A stretch of 64,000 nucleotides of DNA, from assembly GCA_017499595.2 (NCBI GenBank), contig CM039000.1, forward strand, positions 2,666,001-2,730,000. The letters are read 5' to 3'. The translations under genes and the position numbers were made by a program. The notes below the pieces were generated by a model. It saw only the letters and a list, made by a program, of their open reading frames with translations, was not told the DNA's origin and did no database searches. Positions 11,676 to 24,404 of this stretch are shown here, in pieces; position 1 is the stretch's first letter; each line of letters opens with the position of its first letter. The stretch comes from Psilocybe cubensis (taxonomy: Eukaryota).

Positions 11676-14600
11676 ATGTCGGCAATCATGACCTCCAACG
11701 CTTACTACGCTCCAGATGGCCAGCCAGCTTCTCCGTCTTCGCCAACCATGCAGTTCGCGAGTCAACAGCCTCCGCAGAACTCGCGTTCTTTCATGAATCT
11801 CGCTCACACAGAGTCCAGGAGTCAGGCCCCTCTTCCTGTCAAGTATCAGCAGTATGTTCCTTCAGAGCCCCCTCCTGGCATGTCTTATGCCGCCTTTCTG
11901 CGTACTTGGACAGACGAATCGGTGGCAAAGTGGTTGAATGAAATCAAGTGTGGCTGCCATGAAGAAACCTTCAAGGCGAACGATATCCGAGGAGACGTTC
12001 TGCTTGAACTTGATCAAATAACTCTCAAGGAGATGGGCATCTCAAGTATCGGTGATCGATTGAGGATCCTGAACGCAGTCAAGGCCTTACGGCAGAGGGT
12101 AGCCAACAAATTCGTACCACCAACGTCAAACCACAAACCCAGTCACAGTATTGACGCTGATCCAAAGGGTGTTTCTGATAAATCTGACGGAGCAGGAAAC
12201 CGTCAAGGAAATCGGCGCCTTGAAAACGTTAGACCGAAGCCTCTACAACTCAATGGCAACGCAGGCAGGGGTGATCTCCCAGTTATCAGTCGTGAACAAC
12301 CTCCAGACTCTGCCAGGAGTACAGTAACACTTCCTATTAGACCCTTACCAAACCCGACGGCCTCTACACCACCGTCTAATAATCAACTGAGTACCCCGAG
12401 CAGCAGCGCACACTCTTCTGGTGGTACTCCGGGCCAAAGACCCAATCTTCCACCTCTTCCACCTCCACCGCGCGGACAACCGCCTCTTCCGCCTAGCCGC
12501 ACACCTGTTCGCAGTTTGCCATCCTGGTCAAATTCTAATCAGTCTGATGCGCCTGCTTATACCTCTCAACCAACGCCACCAACACCCCAAAGTCAAGGCC
12601 TTCTTACTCCCTCGAGCAGCAACTGGGTCAATCATCATCTGCCTTCAGATCCACGACCGGGAAATCCAGGGAGCAAAGTGACCTTGACGCGTTCAATTTC
12701 ACCTGTTCCTCCTGGCCGTCCTCGTCCCAACCCTTCCAGCCTCTCCCATGCACGCAACAGCTCCACCGGTATCAACGGCGGAATCAGTGTCACCCCAAAC
12801 AAACGAGTGAATGTCGCTAACTCGCATCCGTACGCGAACGCTCAAACTTCCGCCGTATTGCATCCCCCCTCCAATCTCGCAACTACCCTTTCTCCGATTG
12901 ACGAATCATTCTCACATCATAATTCGCCAGGGACACCATCACCTCCGACGCATGCTTACACAGTCGGGAGAGGGCCTTTCAACCCTCCAACCTCCTCAAG
13001 CAGCAATCAATATACCCTTGATGATCTGCGTAGAAAAACTGTTAAATTTGTATTACCCGACGAAGGGCTTTCCTTCACTATCGATGTTGCGTCTTGCACT
13101 GGAGGTGTGGAGGTTCTTGAAAAGGTTTTGAAAAAGTTCGGCAAAGGCAGTCTAAGGAGCGATGGAAACATGGACGTTTCACAAACCGACGAGGGTGGAC
13201 TGATGGTAGATGGTTGGGGTGTTTTCATGGACCTTGGACAGGAAGTGGGTCATGGTGAGTATCCATTATACTGTGTTCAAATTGAAGACCTTGATCATTA
13301 TCTATATCTCTTAATCTAGCTCAACCGCTAACTGAAGGAGAATTGCTGTCCATCTGTCACGCACCTGACCATCCAACACGCGAAAACGGCCTAGTTTTGC
13401 GAAGAATACGGCGAGATGAACGCAGTAACAGTCCATCGTCTGCGATCAGCAGCACAAGAAGTACTAAGCGTGCCAGTTCTATCAGCGTACTTAGTGGTCT
13501 CGGTGTAACAGACCCAGAGAAAGCGCTGGCAGTGGAACCACCATCACCGTCCTCTGGAAAATTCAGTCCATCCGCAAATGCCAAACGCCCATCCAAGCTG
13601 CGCAACTTCTTTGGACAACGTCCTCCCAGTGAACTTATCACAACCCATTTGACCGAGTATTTCCCAAATACCGAAAAGAGGGTGTTACGTCGCAGTTTGA
13701 TGAGAAGGAGAGAAAGTGTGGCCTCTTACAACCAATCCCTGTCACGCTTTAGCGGCAGCACTCAGGGTTCAGGTCGCAAATCTTTCTCGCCACGTTCATC
13801 TATATCAACACTTCCTCCCCCTGTCCCAGACAAAAATGGCGCCTACGATCGTTCTGAAGACCTACCGAGAGTATCCCTTTCAACTGACGATGGCCGTTCT
13901 GTGGACCTACAGATGGATAGCATTGACCGGACACCACAGCACCTCCCACCAATCCCTTTCCCGACCGAATCTCTGTCCGAGTCTCTGGACAATGTCACCA
14001 ATCGCAGAGCACCATCTAGAACACTCTCAACTGCGTCGAAACGCATGAGCTACATGACAGAACTGCGCAGTAAACGTGATCAGTCCGACACTGCCAGTCT
14101 CATGACGGTTGACGAAATTACGGCCGAAGTTGAGAATCGCAGAGTCAGCAAAGCGTTTGAGCGTGAAGAAGAGCTTGAAGGTTGGACCAAGGTTGACTCG
14201 GAGCTCGATAATATGGTGCCCAAGCCTGTTGTTGATGACGATGTTGACGTCGAGGACGATGAAGTTGACGATGACGAAGATGACGATGACGAGGATGAAT
14301 TGTCAGACGGTGTTGATGACGGGACCCTGAACGATGACGAGGAACTCAGTCTTGATGTTGACGATGACGGGGTAATGAGGAACGTGATTCACGCGAAGAA
14401 AGGTAAGTTCTTCTCTACATCATAGCATCTCATTTTTAACACAAGTTTCCAAGCCAACAAATGGATTAAGGGAGCTCTTATTGGTGCCGGTTCCTTTGGA
14501 AAAGTTTACCTCGGCATGGATGCTTCGAACGGTCTTCTCATGGCCGTGAAACAAGTAGAACTTCCAACAGGATCAGGGCCCAATCAAGAACGCAAAAAGA

Positions 14601-15447
14601 GCATGCTTAGTGCTCTTGAGCGTGAGATTGAATTGTTGAAGAATCTCCAACACGAAAATATCGTGCAATACCTCTGTAGGAATTTGCCCATCGTCATTCA
14701 CTAGAATCTATACTAACTTGGATTTTTAGATTCATCCATTGATTCTGAATACCTTAATATTTTCCTTGAATACGTCCCTGGAGGATCGGTCACCGCCCTT
14801 TTACGCAATTACGGTGCTTTTGAAGAACCTCTGGTCAAGAACTTTGTCCGCCAAATTTTACAAGGCCTCAATTATTTGCATGAGCGCGATATCATCCATC
14901 GTGATATTAAAGGCGCCAATATCCTTGTTGACAACAAGGGTGGCATCAAAATATCCGATTTCGGTATCTCTAAGAAAGTGGATGACAGTAAGCTAATTTT
15001 TTATGTGTTCTCTTGAGCGCGTAATTGACGACCAACTAGATCTTCTTACTGGGAATCGGATTAATCGACCCTCCCTTCAAGGCTCAGTGTTCTGGATGGC
15101 ACCAGAAGTCGTGAAGCAAACGGGACATACACGAAAAGCTGATATCTGGAGCGTTGGTTGTTTAGTCGTCGAAATGTTGACCGGCGAGCATCCATGGGCC
15201 CAACTTACCCAGATGCAAGCTATTTTCAAGGTATTTTATTCCTCATTCTTCAATCTGTTCATCTGTTCTAATTGTTTCTATCTATAAGATCGGTTCGTTA
15301 GCTCGACCAACTATTCCCTCAGACATATCTGCTGAAGCACAGGACTTCTTACGCCAAACGTTTGAACTCAATCACGAAGCAAGGCCGTCAGCACAGGAAC
15401 TATTGTCGCATCCTTGGATTGTTCCTTCTTCTAATACGAAGAAATGA
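11676..15447 (+). CDS. STE11: Ste11-type MAP kinase kinase kinase (SAM domain, Ras-association-like region, C-terminal kinase)
   Basis: [62 protein letters not shown]; kinase [70 protein letters not shown]. Confidence 0.95.
14233..14370 (+). repeat. Acidic low-complexity (GAY/GAR codon) tract within STE11, just upstream of the kinase domain
   Basis: Encodes [30 protein letters not shown]...DVDDDG. Confidence 0.8.
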
Positions 15448-15492
15448 TTCGAGGAATGACGAACAATTTTTTGATCTTCTTTAACTTTTGGG

Positions 15493-15512
15493 GGCTTAGA
15501 TATATCTAAGCC
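15493..15512. repeat. Perfect 20-bp palindrome in the STE11 3' region
   Basis: GGCTTAGATATATCTAAGCC equals its own reverse complement; the flanks extend it imperfectly. Confidence 0.85.
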
Positions 15513-15699
15513 AAACGTTATGTTATTGCGGCCCCAGTCTTTGACCATTTAACCTAATTTATTCCCTTGCCACGCCAATTCGCTATGCTTTTTCACGCCC
15601 CATCTAGTGTACGCTGCCACTTGATAGCATCGGTCACAGAGCCATGATTGTACCATATATGTAGCTAAATATCGTTATGGTTCATTTGCCTCAGTAGTG

Positions 15700-18067
15700 C
15701 TAGTGTTTTGCGGGTGGTTCGTCCAGTGCCTCAGTACTGCGTTTTCTTTTGAGATCGGGCTTCGTGGCAGCCTTCTTCGCAGGTCCCCAGTTGGCTGGAT
15801 TTTCCTGATATCTCACTAACCGGATAGTCTCCTGTGCACCGGGGGTCATTGGGTGGCGATCAAAGTTGGCCTCAACACTAAAAAAAGGTGTAGACATAAG
15901 TTAAACATGGACAACAACAATACAAAAAATATTTACAGTGGTTCTTTGGCTAGTAAGCGTCGCGCAGGCGATGTCTCCGAGATATTTTCCATCTTGACGG
16001 GATGTGTTTTGATCCAACAACGAAATACGTCATGCAATTCTCGATGACTTGCGTCGGTTTTTAAAGACCCTGCGCAAGCATGAGAACGCGAGACTCTATG
16101 GCCTGCGTTTAGGAGTGCCGAACTGGAAAGGCGACAATTAAAAAGGTGCATATGAATATGGAGGCTGTCACCCACGCCACATCGTCTATCGACGGAGTTT
16201 CGCAATGGAAGAAACTCGCGACCTTGCTGGGAGTGAAGAAGAAAGGAGTTTCGAGTTCCTAAGAAATTATTTAGTCCTCAGGTGGAAGAAATCGGGGAGT
16301 AGGCAGAAGTTACGATTTGTTTACCTCTTTGGCAACAGTAAGCATACCCTTCATACGCGAAGATGTTCCATAATGTGACTTGTTTTCTTCAATATGTGCA
16401 AGCACCTTTCCTACAAAGTCAGGATCGTGCAAGCGGCCAGACCACATAGGACCAGCGACCTGGAACTAAATTGTTAGAAAAGGGGTATTATATTGCTAAA
16501 AAAAAGTTACTTGCATGTAGATGGGATTCGCATTCTGGACATTTTTGGGTTACCAATGGTCCAGGGTGTGTTTTGAAAATATAGTTTGTGTGTCCGGACG
16601 TTGAAGTTTTTGTGATCATTCTTCCCAAAGGTTGCTCGTAATGCGTCTGGCATGTAGTGCAAATATAGAATGTTGAATTTTTGCTACGTTTTGTATGAAT
16701 TTTCTTGAAAACTTTTTGATAGTTCTATGAAAACTTACGATAACGCCTTTTTGACTTCTACCGGCGCAGTCCGGACACAAACAAATAAACGAACATAGAA
16801 ATCAATAGATAGGCAAAGAAGTGGTTCAATATATCGCCCGTATCTTGATGCTGAAGTGGACAGTGTGTGCAAAACCAGACGTAATGCCTTGAGGAGAGTG
16901 AGCGTGTTCGTCGACCTGTGAGATCTAGAATGGTGCTTACACTTTCGTGGCAATATTCTGCCTTGACAGGTACGCCACCATAGTTCGAAAAACTTGTATT
17001 CTTAGACAAGGGTTTCAGTCAAAAAATTAGACTGTTTGCATACCATTTTTCAGGGTAGTTAGTAGTCGCCAGAACCGATAAATCTGTGCATGTAACACAA
17101 AGCAAACCTTTAAGAAATTAGTAATTGTCGGTGTTGATAAGCCGATATAGAAAAGATACGCACCTCCGTCAGTTACACACTGGACGGCAGCGTCAATGAA
17201 TGGAGCAGCTGTCCCATACGGATCCAAATCAACTACGTCCACGCGCTTCTTCTCCTCCCTATGATTATACATCAATGAACTGTGCGACGATTAGCATTTT
17301 ACTTCTTTTCGATGGGTGAGCTCGGGCACGACTCACCACGCATCGCCTTCGTTGAGATGAATCTTCTGCTTTGAGGCGCCATTTGAAGAAGGTTGTAGCG
17401 TGCCATCTCCAAGTCCATTAATACTGATGTTACGCTTCATAGCTTCAATTGCACCATGGGATAGGTCATTCGCAATAACATATCTATCAATGAGATTCAT
17501 TAGCAATGTCAGAATGGTGAAGAACTTGATATGTTTACTTCACCAAAGGTATTTCTTTTGCATAACGGATCGACCGCAGTCCTGTTGCAGAGAGCGCCTC
17601 TAAGATAGTAATTTTGTAGGGTCTGTACTGCATCAAGTTGAGAATTTCAAGAAATTCGAATTTAGACTAATGTACCTCATGTTTCTTCCCACCAACCTCT
17701 GTTGATTCGCTAATATCAGGTGTCCTTTCTGATTCATCGGTGCCAATGTTTGCTGCTGCTGGAACTTTGACAAGGCAAATAAAAAATTAAGGTCCTTTAC
17801 AAATTCTGCAGTCGAAAATTAAATACCTTTGGAAGACGCAGACGAACCTTTCTGAGCAGCCTTCCTCTGTTGTGACTTGTTCCATCGTTCTTCCTTAGTT
17901 CGATTAAGTTCCTCGCTCCAAACCCTTATGCATGCAATGCTTGTATCTCTGTTGAATTCTTGAACAGGGTTGAGGAAAGCTTCATTTGCGTCCAGAAGAA
18001 TATGTGAAGTATTTTCGGTGTGCAAACGGAAACCGTCTGGAACATGGACCGCAGTATTGCTTGCCAT
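15700..18067 (-). CDS. TRM1: tRNA (guanine26-N2,N2)-dimethyltransferase
   Basis: [86 protein letters not shown] zinc site, [24 protein letters not shown]; basic NLS-like tail KRKR. Confidence 0.94.
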
Positions 18068-18422
18068 CCTGGACCTGCACCGGAAGGAAACAAAAAGTTT
18101 TCGTGAACGTGTTGACAACCAAGCCAGAGTTATGATTGAGGTCTTTAATTAACGTGTGTTCAAAGAGATCAGCAAGTTTTTCGTCGATGACCGCAACAGT
18201 CTCACGCTTTCACACGGCGTCTATAACGGGACTCGTTGATGATGCTCTAAATAACGATCGCTGTTGGGCTACATAATGTGTACAAAAGTTGCAAGTGGCT
18301 GCAATTAGGTGGCTATTAATCAAACACAAGCAATTTGACTAGAAAGTGGAGCAGAGATCAGGTCAAGTACTTGACCCAGGCCTTCCTGTCAAGCAGGGAA
18401 GAGAAAACACCAGGAGTGATGT

Positions 18423-19177
18423 TCAAAAAAGTTTCCACAAGCCCGCTTTGATATCCTTCACAGGGGGGAACCCAAGGTCCTCAGCAATATCGTCGAGAAG
18501 GCCATCTGAACGTTTACTTTCTGTAACGTTTGGCGAAGCATCCACTTTTGGGGCGACATCGTCGACATTGAGATCAAGAAGATTATGAGAAGGACCACCG
18601 TTAGGATGTGTCTCTGCGCCTGCAACAATGAGCAGTTTAGGCAAAATCTCTTCCTTCACGGTTTCTTCAACTGGGGCTGCGTAGTGGGAAGAATTCCAGA
18701 AGTCCGGAAGAAAAGGCTAGCACCCAGAAGTCAACACATATAATCAAGCATGATAGAACCGTGTCATACAATCTGAATTGGAGCGGGCGGAGGAGGCTGA
18801 GAAAGATCAGGTATTTGTATGTTGAAAATATCTGCCGCGGATACAGGTGGTAGCCCAGGATTGCCTGGCACCTCTGCACTCGAATGTTGAGCAGTCGAGG
18901 CATGCCTTGTGCCAGAGTGAGCCTGTAACTTCTCGTATTCTTCAATTCTAGATGCTATGGCGGCCTTGCTTCCCTTGCTTTACAAGAATTCAGCTTGGGT
19001 GAATAGAGAGATGGGGACGACATACGCAGAAAGACCGCGGCGCTTTGCTTTACTCCTGAGGTCGGAAATAGTCTCGTTCTGCCATGTTCGAGAAAGTAAG
19101 TTGGAGGACACCAGGGACCTTGAGAACGCTGGCGCCCAAGTGTGTGTCCTCGACGGAGAGAGAGCGAGACGAAACAT
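18423..19177 (-). CDS. SAP-domain protein with probable mitochondrial presequence (Aim34-like)
   Basis: Acid-free Arg/Ser-rich N-terminus MFRLALSPSRTHTWAPAFSRSLVSS; spliced SAP motif WQNETISDLRSKAKRRGLSA|KGSKAAIASRIEEYE. Confidence 0.65.
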
Positions 19178-19589
19178 TCTGAGCAGAGCGAAGCCGTGGT
19201 GGACCGGGAAGAGGTGTGGGGATGAGGTAAGCATAGTTATCTTATCAGATAACCCACGGTGGCTGGTCCCATGTCATCTCGTTATCCAGTTTGCCAGTCT
19301 TTCCTCAGACCATCAGTTGTATCAGTTGTAGCACAGTGCACGGTATTGTGGACATCGACGTGATTCGATATCAGCCGTGTCCCAGGCATACCGACTGGAG
19401 AAATCATCCATCTGGCAGATCGATAAAAAGTTGATAAAAAGCCCTTTGCCTCTCTGCCTCGTGTTCTCATCGTGGCCCGTATTTGGGAGACAGCCGTCCG
19501 CCCAATCCGTTTCAATCTAATACGCGTGGTTGGAGCTTGATAATATCCACATATACAGCTACGGCGGACGCCCTTCTCTTTTCCACTTC

Positions 19590-21470
19590 ATGCTTCTTTC
19601 TCCGACGTAGGCCTTGTACCATATTTTCTCCTGAAGCTGTACGTCTTACCTTTCACCGTGGTCATCATTCTTGACAGGTCCACAAGTGCTATTCCCCTTC
19701 CCCCTCAACCTCACGCCTTCTGGGGTAAATTCAAACCAAAACCAAAGGAAGGAGAGCCGAAGCAAGGGCCAATGGCAGTAGCAAGGCCCCGTTTGTTAAC
19801 TCTTGCTTATGGCGAAATGGAGACGTTGCGGATGGTGCGATCCCCATGTATCTGAATACCATGTAGTAGCCACTGATTAAGTGCCATAGCTGCCCAATAC
19901 TTTTGGTGTCTGTGATTCTTCGTTATATCTATGCTATGCCCACTCACTTCAAACCAGGAGCTAATGGCCGCAGCACAAGACTGGACCAAACCTCCTCCAG
20001 ACGCCATGTTCAACCTACGCGTACCAGTTGAATACGCCTCGATACAGGCTGCTGTGAGTGTCGTAATGTGTTTATTGCAAATTCACCGGCGCCTAAATAA
20101 GAATTATAGCGATTAGTCGCTGGTCCTTACATCTATGTACGTTCCGATCTTCAACCTTAACGATATCCACTCAAATTACACGTAGCTTACTGGCGAAGAC
20201 TCTTATCAAATAGCTATAATGGGTGTACAAGGTATAAGAGTCGAGATCGTCAGCGATGCTCCGCCGCCCCCAGATGAACCACCGTGGGTCCATCAATTGA
20301 TCAAAGTGTTTCAAATCCACTGACTATCAGTAATTCCTTGACATTAGTGCACCTCCGTAAGTTGGACGAGCTGTATACCAAAGTGCATACACTTATTTAA
20401 ACTTGAAGGCCGCCTCCTGTTCTTGAAATGCCTGGAACTTTTAATCTGGAACTCACTCCTGGTCAAACAGTCGCTTTAGATGTAACTGTAAGCTCTGATG
20501 AGTTGGATATGTCGAGAATGGAAGATGGTACATTGGTTGATGGAATGTTTTGGGGAAAACTCGACATTATACATTCCGGTGACACTCACACAATGGAATT
20601 CAGCGGGACTAAAGTTCCACCCGGCGAGGACATTCCCCAAGACCTAATGATTGACAATAGGATCATCAGCAAACTGGCTACTGTAGCTAAGCCCACAGCA
20701 GCCAAATGCAATCTTACTATCCTATCTCCGACTATCCAATACTGTGACGTTGTTCTCACTTTTTCCACTCTTTGGAAAGCTGGTGTTGCATGGCCACCTC
20801 CGGAACAAATTGAAGAGCACAAGGTAAAATATTTCATGCGTGTACATCCTGGAGGTGCCCTTGAGCATTTCGAGAGCGAAATGGTATCTACTGCTTTGTA
20901 CTATGAAGCCATGTAAGTAATCCAGCCATGAAAGAATATTTTTGGCTAATATCTGATTGCTTTCTATAAACGAGTTTAGACCCGATGCATCCATGCTGGA
21001 TCCTGACAACTTCATTGCCCCCCGTAATGGATTCGCGATGTCGTTCCGTGATTTCGTACCTCATTTAATGGCTGTACTGGATCAACTGGGGATGTCATTA
21101 CACGCTCGTACTGCCTTTATCAAGTAAACCCATTCCTTTTCATTACTAAATTGCCTCTTACGTATTCACTCATATCTCCAGCAATAACGTATCGGCATTC
21201 GCAGCGCACAAAAACATTGCATACCGGTTCTTGTCTCCCAGCAAAATTGCCGCCGCTGTTGATATCGCTGTAACGACTGACCCATGCGTCTTCACTCGTT
21301 TATTCCTTATTTTTCGTGGATTGAATGACGAAGAAGTTGGGATGTTTGCAGGAGCGGGAGAGAAGGAAGCAAATGCTCACAATTGGAGAGAAATTGTCGG
21401 CTGGTCCGAGCATTCGAAAGACCCAGAGCAATTTAGGGTACTAGAGACTTCTGTGTTAGAGGTCACTTAA
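19590..21470 (+). CDS. Uncharacterised multi-exon protein: possible beta-grasp N-domain, poly-Pro hinge and divergent 'KPVIYL'-type C-terminal domain
   Basis: A continuous frame can be built across about 9 GT-AG introns including micro-exons; C-terminal VLDQLGMSLHARTAFI..HKNIAYRFL..DPCVFTRLFLIFRGL..FRVLE. Confidence 0.7.
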
Positions 21471-22054
21471 AGTGACAACCAGGTCGCACATCCTCTATAC
21501 CCATCGACTTGAAGGAGGTGATACATTGTCCTGGAACACTTGTCACGGCCATAACAAACGACCTCTTCATTCAATTAATGCTTAATCGATATTTTAGTAG
21601 TGTACTGGTATCATATACTGCTCCTTCTGTTTTACATACATCCTTTTATACCGTTGCTTTCTAACATGCTTTGATCACTGTATCTTAGCACTACCGTGCG
21701 TAGCAATCTTGCCCTAAGTATTACCCATCGTAAGTATAATTCTAACGACTGTTTGAACTTACTGAGATTAATCGAATTCACTCACGAGTGAATTATATTT
21801 TACCTGTGTTGTAGCCAGCACTTTTCTTCAGCTTTGTTTTTGACGTCGTGTCAATCATCAATAAAATGAACCGAAGCTCCGCAAGGCCTTATGTGACTAC
21901 AGACGCCGCTTACTCACGTGAGCGTTACTCAACCCGTTCCGTGACACTAATTCCAACAAGAGCGCAAGTGACACCGATACTTTGTGAATACTTATATCTT
22001 GTGTTTGTCGCCCTTCTTTACCAGTAAACTCTTAGGACTCCTTGTACTGACGTG

Positions 22055-24309
22055 ATGCCTCCGAAATCTCAGTAGTAAGATATCGCGCTACTGTTTCATC
22101 TTTACTTTCTAAACGTTACTAATACGCCGCATTTTCCTCTTGTTAGTGAACTTGACCGTGAAGCCAACATTGCAAAAAATCGTGCACTATTCGAGAATCT
22201 GGGCCTGAAAGATGCTGTCAAGAATCTTGGGACGTCAACCAAAACTAATAAAAGTACAGCAAAACCTGTCCAACCAAGGGCTCGAGTGAAGCGCGAGAGA
22301 TCGGAAGTAGAGGCTCCACGGCGTCAGTCAAGACGGCTTCTTACCAAGCTTCAGAATGATAGAGATGAGACGCCAGAAGAAAGGAAGAAACGGGAGGTAA
22401 GAAGCGCTGACGTTGTGTTGTAGTTTAACTAAGATATTGAGGCTTTCATTTGTAGGCGGAAGAGCAGATACAGTTGGCGAGGGAAGCTGAGGCAAGGCTA
22501 GAAGCTGAAGAAAAGGCACGCATGGCGAAACGGCCACGCCACGATACTCTCAACTTTAAAACTCTTGCGGAAGCAGACGTCCCACAAGATATATCCAAGC
22601 TCTCGGAAACAATGCAAGATCTTGCCCAAAACACGGTTCCGCGACGCACAGGAAACCCCGAAGACTTTACTTACAAGGAAGAGTCGAAACATCAGAAGGA
22701 AGTCAAAGAAATTCGTGAAAAAGTCAAAAACCTCAAGGTTATATCAAGAGCAAAAGTAACGACAAATAGGGTTTATTGTGCGGCATACCATTCCGACGTC
22801 ACTAAAGATTTGATATTCTTCGGAGGTCAGCCGTTGAGGCACTTGCCAATGGCTCTTTTACTGATATGTTCTTTAGACAAACATGGTCAACTTGGTATAT
22901 GGGATGCCAGGGCTCCACCTGATGAAGAAAATGAAGATGAAGACATTGCACCAGAGAATAGGGAAGGTGGCAAGTACTGGCGACTCCAACTCCACTGGCC
23001 AGCAACTTCAAAGTCTTCCATCTCAAGCATCAAGCTAGACCCCATTGACAGTCATAATGTCAGCATTTGTTAATTCTTCCACTGCGCGTATCTCCTAATG
23101 TTTCATAGATTTATACAAGCTCTTATGACTGCACGATACGCAGTTTATCTTTTGTCTCGGGCTCTTCCACTGAAATATATAGCACCGATGAGAAGGCTCT
23201 GATATCAAGCATCGACTTGCCTGTAACTGGACAAGAAATATGGTTGTCAGACAGTAACGGCGGAGTTACCCACCTCGACCTGCGCGAAGAAAAATCTAAA
23301 GCACGTAGGTATGAACTTTCGGAACAGAAAATTGGAGGCATCAGTATCAACCCCACCCGTCCCAATTTCTTACTCACCGCGAGTAATAGTCGTTATGTAA
23401 AGTGGGTATCTTATAATATCCTACCACCATGAACTTAAAAGGCGCTGAATTCCTCATAAAGAATTTGGGACACACGGAAGCTCTTTGATATGCCAATAGA
23501 ATTGCTAGACAAGGAAGCAGCAAACGAAAAGTCTCTAGATTTTGATCAATCTATTATCAACGAATATCTTGCAACAGATGCAGGAAAAGGCATGTTCCGC
23601 GGAGAGTGGAGACACGACAAGTCTGCAAGTTCGGCGTACTGGGATCCAAGAGGGCGTTCGATCGTCAGCACCAGTTATGACGACACAATTCGATGTATGC
23701 ATCATTTTTTCACTTTCCATCAGTTGTTTAATTGTATTTATTTCAGTATGGGACATTCAATCCCCAGCATTCAAATCCGAAGCGGAGTTCCCGAGCATGA
23801 GGCCTTTCTGTCACATTAAACACAACTGCCAAACTGTAGCTACTAACAACGTTCTCTTCTTCCTGTCCTCTCTTACGAAAACTATTTACAGGGCAAGTGG
23901 TTAACGATTTTGCGAGCACAGTGGAGCCCGAACCCTGATGTCTATCCTCATTTCACTGTAAGTCATTGGAACATTTTTGTAGGCAAGCGATATCACTTAT
24001 AATGCAAAGGTCGGCAATATGGATCATTCTTTGGATATCTACTCTGCCAAGGTAATGTCTATCTCTCCACTCATTTTCTCAATTTTGAAGAACCTTCTGC
24101 TTGCAGGGAGATCTCATAACGCAGCTATCTGATCCCACAATGTAAGAATGTGTCGCTTCCTCTTTCCAATTTCTTACCCTCTACATATCAGGATAAGCGC
24201 TGTTCAGGCGGTTACATGCTCACACCCTACTCTTGTGGAACGCGCCGCTAGCGGCAATGCCAGTGGAAGGTGCATTTTATGGGCACCTGAATCTTTGGCA
24301 ATGGTGTAG
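22055..24309 (+). CDS. CMR1: DNA damage-binding WD40 protein Cmr1/WDR76
   Basis: N-terminal YELDREANIAKNRALFENLGL; AKVTTNRVYCAAYH..KDLIFFGDKHGQLGIWDA; SSAYWDPRGRSIVSTSYDDTIR; IKHNCQTGKWLTILRAQW; ASGNASGRCILW. Confidence 0.9.
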
Positions 24310-24404
24310 ATGCTGCTCTTCGTTCTTATTTTTATTGTAATTGTAGGTATATATATATTGTCATTTGTACATGAATTATAATAATGGATTGGATTTACAT
24401 CAAT

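Noticed and set aside
11676..15447. STE11 as a sign of a mating-type locus, as in Cryptococcus
   Set aside because: No pheromone receptor, CAAX pheromone precursor, homeodomain, STE12 or STE20 gene was recognised in the window.
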